A stretch of 17,967 nt of DNA from NCBI GenBank assembly GCA_038821645.1, contig JAWBDT010000008.1:1-17967 (forward strand), written 5' to 3'. This DNA comes from Ignisphaera sp. GTDB lineage: Archaea > Thermoproteota > Thermoprotei_A > Sulfolobales > Ignisphaeraceae. The notes under the pieces are model-generated. The model ran no database searches, was not told where the DNA came from, and worked only from the letters and a program-made list of their open reading frames with translations. A program made the position numbers and the translations under genes. The stretch's first letter is position 1. The number at the start of each line of letters is the position of its first letter. Shown piece after piece: positions 1 through 8,140 of this stretch.

Positions 1-17
1 TGTAGAAAGAGTGTTAG

Positions 18-160
18 CGTTGCGGGGTTCAGCTCTGATGTAGGTTTATGTAAGTCGATGTCCTTGCCTCATCTCTTTTCCCCTGCATTGGTCTTGGGTT
101 TGCATCACCCTTGGAGACGTTCAGGGCGACCCCAAGCACTCCACATCTTAGATGTCTCGG
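18..160 (-). mobile_element. tnpB: 3' tail and right end of an IS200/IS605- or IS607-family TnpB element (remnant; region expected to overlap the omega/reRNA)
   Basis: Minus strand reads RHLRCGVLGVALNVSKGDANPRPMQGKRDEARTSTYINLHQS* (stop at 29-31), followed by ACCCCGCAACG. This resembles, from memory, the extreme C-terminal tail and right end of crenarchaeal TnpB genes. No RuvC or zinc-finger part is present. Confidence 0.55.
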
Positions 161-166
161 GGAGAG

Positions 167-465
167 CCTTACGCAATTGTTTCGGGTTTTATATAGGTTT
201 ATAATGATTGATGATGGTTGTTTTACTGTGGGTTGAACTTATCCACGATGCAGGTGCACGGTAAAGACTCAAGTGGGTGGAGCATTCAAAGCCAAGATGT
301 GATGGTTTCCTCACAGCAATGAACTAGATGAAGGTGAGCTGTAGGTAGGGGTTACCTTGAACGGGTGGAGATCAATGACATAAGCACTGATGAAAGATGC
401 CCCAAGGTTGATGAAGCCAAGGGTTGACAATAAACAACATCAAGCAACATGAAACCCAAACTCCT
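167..465. mobile_element. Non-autonomous CCT-flanked insertion element, copy 1 (IS110/IS1111-like candidate)
   Basis: CCT at 167-169 and 463-465 bracket 293 bp that match 16492-16759 (about 11 substitutions by manual alignment plus one 25-bp indel). 10/12 sub-terminal inverted repeat at 181-192 and 449-460. Removing it restores integrase codons ATG TGG AGG CTC (MWRL). Confidence 0.85.
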
Positions 466-639
466 CCACATAGTGGCTTTACTCACCTTGAGAACCTCCT
501 GCACCTTCTCCCTACAGTACTTATCCACTACGTACTGAAGTATCCTAGCTCTATCCTCTTCACTCAGAGACTTTAGATTCAGAATCTCGTACCAAGGCTT
601 TACAGCCTCAATCCCAACATTATCTCCTAGTATTATCAT
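463..639 (-). pseudogene. N-terminal (HTH) stub of a crenarchaeal tRNA-associated tyrosine integrase
   Basis: KPWYEILNLKSLSEEDRARILQYVVDKYCREKVQEVLKVSKATMWR resembles the N-terminus of integrases found directly downstream of tRNA genes in crenarchaea. It starts ~85 bp 3' of tRNA-Arg on the same strand. The remainder of ORF 352..639 is read-through into the inserted element. Confidence 0.65.
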
Positions 640-722
640 ACAGTAATGTTAGTTAATCGTTTCACGGTGTATGTGTGGGTCTGAAACAATGACTTATAAA
701 CTATCACCATGCATGAGGGTGA

Positions 723-797
723 CGGGCCCGCCGGGATTTGAACCCGGGTCCTCCGGCTCCGGAGGCCGGCGCCCTCTCCTGGCTGGGCTACGGGCCC
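723..797 (-). tRNA. trnR: tRNA-Arg(CCG), intronless, CCA not encoded
   Basis: Reverse complement folds as a cloverleaf: acceptor GGGCCCG/CGGGCCC, D stem GCCC/GGGC, anticodon stem CCGGC/GCCGG with loop CTCCGGA, T arm CCGGG-TTCAAAT-CCCGG, discriminator G. All-GC stems are typical of hyperthermophiles. Confidence 0.98.
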
Positions 798-1653
798 TAT
801 TATGTGTAGCGTTATACAGTATCTTTTGTGTTGTGGTTTTTGGGTTTCAAGTATATCGTGGATCATTCTTATCTGCTGCTTTATTTCTTCGTATGTATTA
901 ATGTCTATAGCTGTTAAAAACATATAGATACTATCTTTAAAGAGTATTCGAATTAATCTATAGTGAAGCCTATATATCGCTACTCTATCGCCATCTTCTT
1001 TAGTTATCTAGTTTTCCGTATCATCGGTGTAATGTAGGATAATGTGGATCCGTAACAGAATTATTGAAACTAATAATGTAGAGAGTATTAACCATAGCTT
1101 GATAAAAAATAGCTAACTATAGTTACCATAATCATTGAGATAATTAAACTAATCTAAAGTGTTTTCCAGAGATTCTCTAGAAGGTTCTTCAGCAATTAGA
1201 TGAATGGATAAGATAGAAAGCTTAGAGAATGTGATACTAATAGTATCTGCATTAGTATCGCTATCTAGAAAGAATAGAGCAGATCATGATGATGTAGAAA
1301 CAATAGTGTTAAAGGATCTACATAGCTTCTCTAACTAGATATGATGTTATCTCTCATCAATATGTATTAACTTGATTAACTATAATTCTATATCGAGACA
1401 CTATCCATTTGTAGAGTTTAGAAGATGTTTGTTAATCAATATAGATATCTCGATTTAGAGAGCAATACGTCTAAGAGATCTTGGTTTATGAAGCTTCTTA
1501 ACTATAAATACCTAGTTGATTACTATATTCATGAGCTCTACATTATGTGTTGTAGTGCTTAATAGTGTCGCTACATTAGATAATTATACTATATACATAA
1601 AGTCTTGTTTATTACTAGTTTCATCAATACTCAGATAATTAACTATATGGAGG

Positions 1654-2529
1654 ATGATTAAAATATATGGAGCTACAAGATATACTGTATTAAGGAAGCG
1701 GATACTAGCTCCAAAGATCAAGGAGATTGATATCTATTCTCCAAGGATAGCTAAAGCTGCTAGAGCTGGTCAATTCGTTATGGTTATGGTTGATAAAGAG
1801 AGTGAAAGAATTCCGTTGACTATAGTTGACTGGGATAGAGAGGATGGATGGATTAGAGTAGTGTTTCAAGAAGTTGGTGTAAGCACAATTAAGTTGGGCT
1901 TAGTGGATATTGGAGAAGATCTATACCATGTCTCTGGCCCTCATGGTGTTCCAACACATATCTCTAGGTTTGGAACAGTAGCTGTTGTTGGTGGAGGTGT
2001 TGCTGTAGCAGCTTTGTATCCTGTTGCTAGAGCTTTTAAAGAAGCTGGGAATAGAGTTATAGCTATTATTGGTGCTAGAAGTTCTAATTTGCTTATATAC
2101 GAAGATAAGGTTAGAAGTATATGTGATGAACTCTACATCTCTACAGACGATGGTAGTAAAGGAATTAGAGGCTATGTATCTAGTGCTCTAGAGAAGATCT
2201 TTTCTGAAGGCCTTAAACCAGATCTAGTTTGGATAGTGGGGCCTGTTGCTATGATGAAGATGTGTAGTTCTGTAGCTAGAAGATATGGTGTTAGAGCTGT
2301 AGCTAGTTTGAATCCTATAATGGTTTGCGGTATTGGTATGTGTGGTGCTTGTAGAGTCAGAGTCTACGGTAAAACTAGATTCGCTTGTCTTGAGGGACCA
2401 GAGTTCGATGCTCTTGGTGTTGACTGGAACGAGCTTGAGCTCAGATTACAGATGTATAGAGATGAAGAGAACATTTCTTTAAGAAGATTTCTAGAGAGTG
2501 GTGGCTGTATTGGTCAAGATAAGACCTAG
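1654..2529 (+). CDS. nfnA: NADH-dependent ferredoxin:NADP+ oxidoreductase small subunit (sulfide dehydrogenase beta / PyrK-like FAD/NAD-binding, 2Fe-2S)
   Basis: Motifs GQFVMV, ERIPLTIVD, GPHG, VGGGVA, STDDGS, GPVAMMK, SLNPIMVCGIGMCGACRV and FACLEGPEFD; overlaps a GltD-like gene. Confidence 0.92.
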   Translation: MIKIYGATRYTVLRKRILAPKIKEIDIYSPRIAKAARAGQFVMVMVDKESERIPLTIVDWDREDGWIRVVFQEVGVSTIKLGLVDIGEDLYHVSGPHGVPTHISRFGTVAVVGGGVAVAALYPVARAFKEAGNRVIAIIGARSSNLLIYEDKVRSICDELYISTDDGSKGIRGYVSSALEKIFSEGLKPDLVWIVGPVAMMKMCSSVARRYGVRAVASLNPIMVCGIGMCGACRVRVYGKTRFACLEGPEFDALGVDWNELELRLQMYRDEENISLRRFLESGGCIGQDKT

Positions 2530-3889
2530 AGTATCTATCCCAAAGAGAAATCCTCTAGATAGAGTAAAAGACTTTGATGAAGTTGTTCTAGGGTATAGTG
2601 AGAAAGAAGCTATAGAAGAAGCATCTAGATGTATACAGTGTTCTACTAAACCATGTGTACAAGGATGCCCTATAGGAATAGATATTCCGCGATTCATAAA
2701 GCTGATCAAGAAACAGAGATATGAAGAAGCTTACAGAGTTATCATAGAGAGATGCCCTATACCTGCTGTAACTGGTCGTGTATGTCCTCAAGAAAAACAA
2801 TGTGAAAAGTTCTGTACATTAGCTAAACTGGGTGAACCAATAGCTATAGGTGCTCTTGAGCGATTTGTAGCTGATTGGATTCACCAACACGGTGTGGATA
2901 TAGAGGATAAGTACAGAGGGTGTAGAAGAGGTAGAATTGCTATTGTAGGTTCTGGACCAGCTGGAATAGTTGTTGCTTACGATCTAGTTCGACTCGGATA
3001 CGAAGTAACAGTATTTGAGGCTCTTCATGCTGCTGGAGGAGTTCTGATGTACGGTATCCCAGAGTTTAGGTTACCGAAGAAGATAGTTGATTACGAAGTA
3101 AAACGTCTACTTGATCTAGAGATCAACATAGAACTTGGGGTCATAGTTGGTAGAACAATCTCTATCTATGATCTTTTAGACAAATTCGATGCAGTATTCA
3201 TAGGTACTGGAGCAGGTCATCCACGACTTCTAGAGATTCCTGGAGAAAATCTTAACCACATCTATACAGCTAACGAGTATCTAACTAGAGTAAACTTGAT
3301 GAAGGCCTACCTCTTCCCATGTTATGATACACCAATACGTAGAGGTAGATATGTAGCTGTTATTGGTGGAGGAAATACAGCTCTAGATGTAGCTCGATCA
3401 GCTCTTAGGCTAGGAGCAAAAGAAGTTTTTGTTGTTTATCGTAGATCTAGAAACGAGATGCCTGCAAGATCAGAAGAGATAAGCAATGCTGAAGAAGAAG
3501 GTGTTAAGTTTTTGTTCTTAGTTCAACCAATAGAGTTCATAGGCAATGGCTCTGTCTCAGAGATAAAGTTAATGAAAATGAGGCTTAGTGAACCAGATGA
3601 AACTGGAAGACCGAGACCTATACCAACAGGTGAAACAATATCGCTACAAGTTGATACAGTTGTTAATGCTATAGGTTTTCACCCCAATCCATTAATACCT
3701 ATGACTGTACCCGAGATAAAGATAGACAATAAAGGGAGGATAGTAGTTGATAGAGAAGGGAGAACAACTCTATCGAGAGTCTATGCTGGAGGAGATATAG
3801 TGGTAGGAGAAGGGACAGTAATAGAGGCTATGAGATGGGGTAAAATAGCTGCACAAACAATACACAGAGACTTATCGTTAGAGAGATAG
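2498..3889 (+). CDS. nfnB: Nfn large subunit / sulfide dehydrogenase alpha (GltD-like flavo-iron-sulfur protein)
   Basis: EASRCIQC..PCVQGCP, GRVCPQEKQCEKFC, IGALERF, GSGPAG, YGIPEFRLPK, IGGGNTALD, YRRS, AGGDIV. True start may be the TTG at 2510. Confidence 0.93.
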   Translation: MVAVLVKIRPRVSIPKRNPLDRVKDFDEVVLGYSEKEAIEEASRCIQCSTKPCVQGCPIGIDIPRFIKLIKKQRYEEAYRVIIERCPIPAVTGRVCPQEKQCEKFCTLAKLGEPIAIGALERFVADWIHQHGVDIEDKYRGCRRGRIAIVGSGPAGIVVAYDLVRLGYEVTVFEALHAAGGVLMYGIPEFRLPKKIVDYEVKRLLDLEINIELGVIVGRTISIYDLLDKFDAVFIGTGAGHPRLLEIPGENLNHIYTANEYLTRVNLMKAYLFPCYDTPIRRGRYVAVIGGGNTALDVARSALRLGAKEVFVVYRRSRNEMPARSEEISNAEEEGVKFLFLVQPIEFIGNGSVSEIKLMKMRLSEPDETGRPRPIPTGETISLQVDTVVNAIGFHPNPLIPMTVPEIKIDNKGRIVVDREGRTTLSRVYAGGDIVVGEGTVIEAMRWGKIAAQTIHRDLSLER

Positions 3890-4022
3890 TGATTGTGTGT
3901 ACATAACATTGATTCTAGACTATTCAGATAATGTTACAAAGTATAGAGATTGTTTGATTTAACTATTCTAAGAAAATCTAAATTCTATACAATAGTCTAG
4001 ATAAACAAACATCAAAAACTAG

Positions 4023-4038
4023 GGTAAAGCTTTAAAGA
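4023..4038 (+). promoter_or_regulatory. Archaeal BRE/TATA promoter of the sulfhydrylase gene
   Basis: GGTAAAGC-TTTAAAGA: purine-rich BRE followed by TTTAAA (4031-4036). Predicts transcription start near 4057-4061, upstream of GGTGA (4063-4067) and ATG 4081. Confidence 0.6.
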
Positions 4039-4080
4039 CACTCTTTGTTATCTAGTAGTGATGGTGATCAGTATCTGTAT

Positions 4081-5289
4081 ATGCAAGATGTTGAAAATCT
4101 CTACTGTGAAGAAGGTATAGATACTCAAGAATTCATTAGTTTAGCTAGAGAGATTTTGAGTAGAGGTGGTATAGATAGAGCTATTGTTGTTGATGGATAT
4201 AGAGTTATAGAGAACTGCAAGCTTTTCCAAACACTTAAGAAACTCGGGGTTAGAAGAATACCTGTATCTCGTGGCATTGAGAATACATTTGTACCTCTCG
4301 AGGTAATGGGATTTTTCGAAGATATTCAACCCAGTATCTATAGAGTTTTTAGAGATACTGAAGAACTTCTCTACAAGAATTGGCCAACACCTCTAGTGAA
4401 GCTCTCTAGAGTCTCTATAGATGATAGAGTTGTTTGGGCTAAACTAGAGGGATTCAATCCATGGAGTATGAGTATTAAGGATAGAGTGGGATGGTATATG
4501 TATAGAAAAGTTGCTGAAGCCTACGGCAGAAGAAATCTGGGGCTTCTCGTGGAATCAACATCAACAAACACAGGTCTAGCTATAGCTGCTATAGCCAATA
4601 TGTATCTCTCTAAACTTAGAGCATACATACCTTCAACAGTTTCACAAACAGGTGAGCTTATGTTAAAGGTATTTGGTGCTGATGTTGTAAGATCTACTAA
4701 ACAGTTAACAGTAGAGCTTATAGATGAAGTTAATGAGATAGCTAGAAAAGAGAAGGCTATACATCTTAACCAGTTCTACAATGATGCTAATTTCGAGGTT
4801 CATCTAAGGTATACAGCAAAAGAGTTAGAGCTACAGATCAGAGAAGCAGGTATAGCTCCTAGAGCCATAATCGGTGGCCTAGGGACCTCTGGACATATGT
4901 CTGCCATAGCCCTCTACTTCAAGAGCAGGTTCAGAGGAATCAAGATCTATGGTGTAGTACCTAGAGAAGGAACAATTATACAGGGTATAAGGCGAATCGA
5001 ATCAGGTATGAAGTGGATACATTATATCGATATAGATGGAGTTATAGAGGTTTCACTCGAAGAAGCTATACAGTCTATCATACATATAGCTAGAAGAGAA
5101 GGTATACTAATTGGATTAAGCAGTGGCGCTGTATATACAGGTTATAGAAAACTTGTAGAAAATGGTGAACTAAGTGAAGGTGACTATATACTGGTGTTCC
5201 CAGATCATGGATACAAATATACTGAACATTTACAGAGATACCTAAACAGTATCAATAGCAATATAAAACCTATGGATTCAGAAATTTGA
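4081..5289 (+). CDS. cysO: PLP-dependent cysteine synthase of the O-phosphoserine sulfhydrylase (CysO, Aeropyrum-type) group, with ~100 aa N-terminal extension
   Basis: PTPLVKL, KLEGFNPWSMSIKDR (PLP lysine), STSTNTG, NQFYNDANFE, LGTSGHMSA, GIRRIESGM, PDHGYKY. Start moved from TTG 4045 to ATG 4081 because the TATA box lies only ~9 bp before 4045. Confidence 0.88.
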   Translation: MQDVENLYCEEGIDTQEFISLAREILSRGGIDRAIVVDGYRVIENCKLFQTLKKLGVRRIPVSRGIENTFVPLEVMGFFEDIQPSIYRVFRDTEELLYKNWPTPLVKLSRVSIDDRVVWAKLEGFNPWSMSIKDRVGWYMYRKVAEAYGRRNLGLLVESTSTNTGLAIAAIANMYLSKLRAYIPSTVSQTGELMLKVFGADVVRSTKQLTVELIDEVNEIARKEKAIHLNQFYNDANFEVHLRYTAKELELQIREAGIAPRAIIGGLGTSGHMSAIALYFKSRFRGIKIYGVVPREGTIIQGIRRIESGMKWIHYIDIDGVIEVSLEEAIQSIIHIARREGILIGLSSGAVYTGYRKLVENGELSEGDYILVFPDHGYKYTEHLQRYLNSINSNIKPMDSEI

Positions 5290-5579
5290 AGTAACATAAG
5301 AATGATAATAATTGATAAACTATATAGCTTAAGATATAGATTAACAATTATCAAGCTACATGATTATCGATAAAAAGTATCTGTTTGATTATGATAGAAC
5401 TGAGTATATTACTATAATAACTTATTGAGGTTATATTGATAATGATAAAGATAATACTCTATCTAGAGAAGCGATACTGCTTATCTCAAGAGCATACACT
5501 ATATCTTAAGTATGTTTCTAAAGATACAGAGTTGATAGAGAAGCATCATCACATGTACATCATTTCTCTATGCTAGTAT

Positions 5580-5992
5580 CTATATATCTATGGTGTTTAA
5601 TAGCTTCTATGACCATCTTCTGTTTGTATTTTTATTTGATTTTAGTAATTTTGTTCTATTTTTCTTGTTTGCGTTATATAGAGTGTATCGTATATAGGCA
5701 GTAAATACTCAAGAAATATCTTGTAATGCTCTTGAAAGATATTCATCCTGATTCTCTAGAACTATAGCTCTTTCGTCTATGAGTATCTTTAGCATCTTTA
5801 CTAGCTTCAATACTGTATCTCTATATCTCTATCTATCTTCCTATATATAGCATAGTGTTTCCATATAGTGTTAGAAATCTCTTTAACGATATGTTCTATA
5901 GACTATCCTTAGAGACAATAGAGCTCTACCTTAATTCAGTCGAGTTCTCTCAAAACATACTTGACTAGAGATGAAGCATCAATTATTATCAT
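5580..5992 (-). pseudogene. vapC: PIN-domain VapC toxin pseudogene
   Basis: Manual translation across stops and frameshifts: MIIIDASSLVKYVLRELD*IKVE...SIEHIVKEISNTIWKHY...AIVLENQDEYLSRALQ...LPIYDTLYI. The PIN hallmarks DAS, E..N..WK and YD.LYI are present in order. Confidence 0.85.
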
Positions 5993-6101
5993 GACCCTTC
6001 CTCACATAACCTATAGCATTACTAGAGATGATTCCTGGAAGACTATCGATAACGTTATGAATTTTCTTCAGTATCTCTAACCTATAATTCTTTTTTACCA
6101 T
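5979..6101 (-). pseudogene. vapB: C-terminal remnant of a VapB-type antitoxin
   Basis: MVKKNYRLEILKKIHNVIDSLPGIISSNAIGYVRKGHDNN*, overlapping the vapC start by 14 nt. The ending resembles the crenarchaeal antitoxin tail (YVREDRDS-like). No intact N-terminal DNA-binding part. Confidence 0.65.
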
Positions 6102-6400
6102 ATATACATATAGAATTATGTGTCGAGTTCTTTCACAAAATCTAAACCACTATTCACATCTTCTGTTTCTCATATCTAGATGTCGATATAGCTTTGAGAA
6201 TTAATTGCATCAGCATCTCAATGGATCTCAGAGTTACATGTGTTGCATTCTTCTTAATCGTCTTACTGTTTACATGTTTTAAACCACTTGGATTTAGGTT
6301 TCTATGTCTCTATCTAGTGAGCACAGTATATTGACAACACTTCTACATAGTGATTGGGAATCATTTTGCTACTAGATATAGATACTTATTGTTGACTCTT

Positions 6401-6434
6401 ACACTAGATCTATAATAACACTAGATCTATAATA
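6401..6434. repeat. Perfect 17-bp tandem duplication
   Basis: ACACTAGATCTATAATA at 6401-6417 and 6418-6434. Confidence 0.9.
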
Positions 6435-6597
6435 CTTGGTTTGTGTATCTAGATAGAACAGTTTACATAAACTCTATATATAGGTCGAAGCTATGGATTA
6501 CTACATATATACTGTTTATAGTAAATAAAATATACATAATATTATGATATATGTTTAGGGAGTAAGGGCATCTGTTTTGCTATTTCATAGCTAATAG

Positions 6598-7494
6598 CTA
6601 TAGCCATTCACATTGAGTACACTTTGTTGTGTATTCTTCTTCATATGGTAGAGTAGCTCTCCTGATAATGAACTGCTCATCAAAATCTTTCATATACTCT
6701 AGCACCAAGTTTTTCATTTTATTTGTTAGTATATAGACAGGTATTGTTACACCTAACTGTATTAGTGTTTTCTTTGCTAATGCTTTTCTCAACATATGGT
6801 TTGCGCTTGTACAAACGTAATCAGCTTTCTCTATATATGTAATACAGCTAGCCTTAGTTAAGGTATTACAGGTAGAGAATACTGTTACACTAACACTATA
6901 CCTATCCTCTATTCTCCTAATCTCAGATATCTCCCAGCATCTCAAACCTATAACACTAACAGCAATTTTCCTACATCCTAACTCAATAGCTTTTACAATA
7001 CCTTCAACTTGATCTATAGTCGCATTATCTTTATCTAGAACAAAACCTTCTAGTTTCTCAATACTCTCAATAACCTCATTGATAGGGTAGGTCTTGAGAA
7101 GACCATTCATAACTGCTCCAACACCTTGAACCAATTGTGGAGATCTTGCAATAATAGTTCCAGCTCCATCACATACAATTACAGCACAATCAAAAAACTC
7201 TTTCTCTATTCCCCAAGACATGATCTCAGAAGTTCCGAAAGCAACTATTCTCCCTAAATCGAATCTTCTTTTAGGTGTAAATAATCCGTATTCCTTTATC
7301 TTAAGCTTCAACACATACTTTACAACATCTTCACAAACTTTTCGTATACCATAAACTCTATGCATATAGGTACAATGCTGAAGTTTTGGTTCTGAAATAA
7401 CTTCTATTGATTCATCTTCATATACTCTCGCTATAGCCCCCATAATAAGGGTTTCATGATACCTCATTCCATAAACCTCTTCTCCAGACCACAT
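6598..7494 (-). CDS. DUF2099 family protein (putative methanogenesis marker protein 8 homologue)
   Basis: EP...HC, FGTSEI, DCAVIVCDGAGTII..P.LVQGVG, PINEVI and ATIDQVEG..KAIELG..KIAVSV match the family as I recall it. Alternative start ATG 7467. Confidence 0.8.
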   Translation of the reverse strand: MWSGEEVYGMRYHETLIMGAIARVYEDESIEVISEPKLQHCTYMHRVYGIRKVCEDVVKYVLKLKIKEYGLFTPKRRFDLGRIVAFGTSEIMSWGIEKEFFDCAVIVCDGAGTIIARSPQLVQGVGAVMNGLLKTYPINEVIESIEKLEGFVLDKDNATIDQVEGIVKAIELGCRKIAVSVIGLRCWEISEIRRIEDRYSVSVTVFSTCNTLTKASCITYIEKADYVCTSANHMLRKALAKKTLIQLGVTIPVYILTNKMKNLVLEYMKDFDEQFIIRRATLPYEEEYTTKCTQCEWL

Positions 7495-8140
7495 GTTTTG
7501 TGCATAACTACTTTAAGATTATGTTTCAGATTGCTCTAAACTATTGAGCTTTACACATACCTAGTAATGCTATATTTATTAAAGAACGATATTTATTGAG
7601 TTCTGTGTATCGAGTAGCGGTGCTTAAGTTATATATCAAAGAGTTAGAGTATCATGTTTCAACATTCTTTCATCAGCTTTAAGACATATAGGTTGCTTAA
7701 TAGTATCGAATTTTATGTTACAATAAACAAGAGCTAAGGTTATAGCACTTTTTTCTAGCAAGTTAACGAAATTGTTGAAGCCTTGGCCATAAACATCATC
7801 AGTAATCAGAACATCTTTGAATAATGCCTTAAGCTATCTAAAAGAACCATATATATAGTTTCTCATTGTGTGATTTATTTTTGTATTGCTCAAATGTTTA
7901 GAGCAATACTTGCTTCATCAACCTAAAAACTCTTTAGAGAAGAGGTTATCAATAAACATAATGCATTTTCTATAGATGTGTTAAAGTTTTACTATATGGG
8001 ATAAGGACTAGATGTTCAGTACCTCCATAAGGTATTGAACACATGCTACGTTATCTAGAGTACTAGAGTATAGCGTCTAGGTTAAACAGAATTGTGTAGA
8101 GATAGTTTCATCGAGAAAGTGGTTCATTAATGATATAGCG

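Noticed and set aside
386-456. Hammerhead ribozyme core (CTGATGA...GAAAC) within the element
   Set aside because: No adequate stem II between CUGAUGA and GAAA, and I could not build stems I and III.
636-923. ORFs 636..923 (-) and 671..901 (+)
   Set aside because: Both run through the GC-rich tRNA gene and have no recognisable protein features.
1204-1338. 44-aa ORF MDKIESLENVILIVS... as a possible nucleotidyltransferase relic
   Set aside because: Lacks the GS and DxD motifs; resemblance too weak.
5302-5992. 15-bp inverted repeat ATGATAATAATTGAT (5302-5316 / 5978-5992) and 12-bp inverted repeat (5328-5339 / 5499-5510)
   Set aside because: Very AT-rich, one arm is simply the vapC start, and no flanking duplication is evident; compatible with chance.
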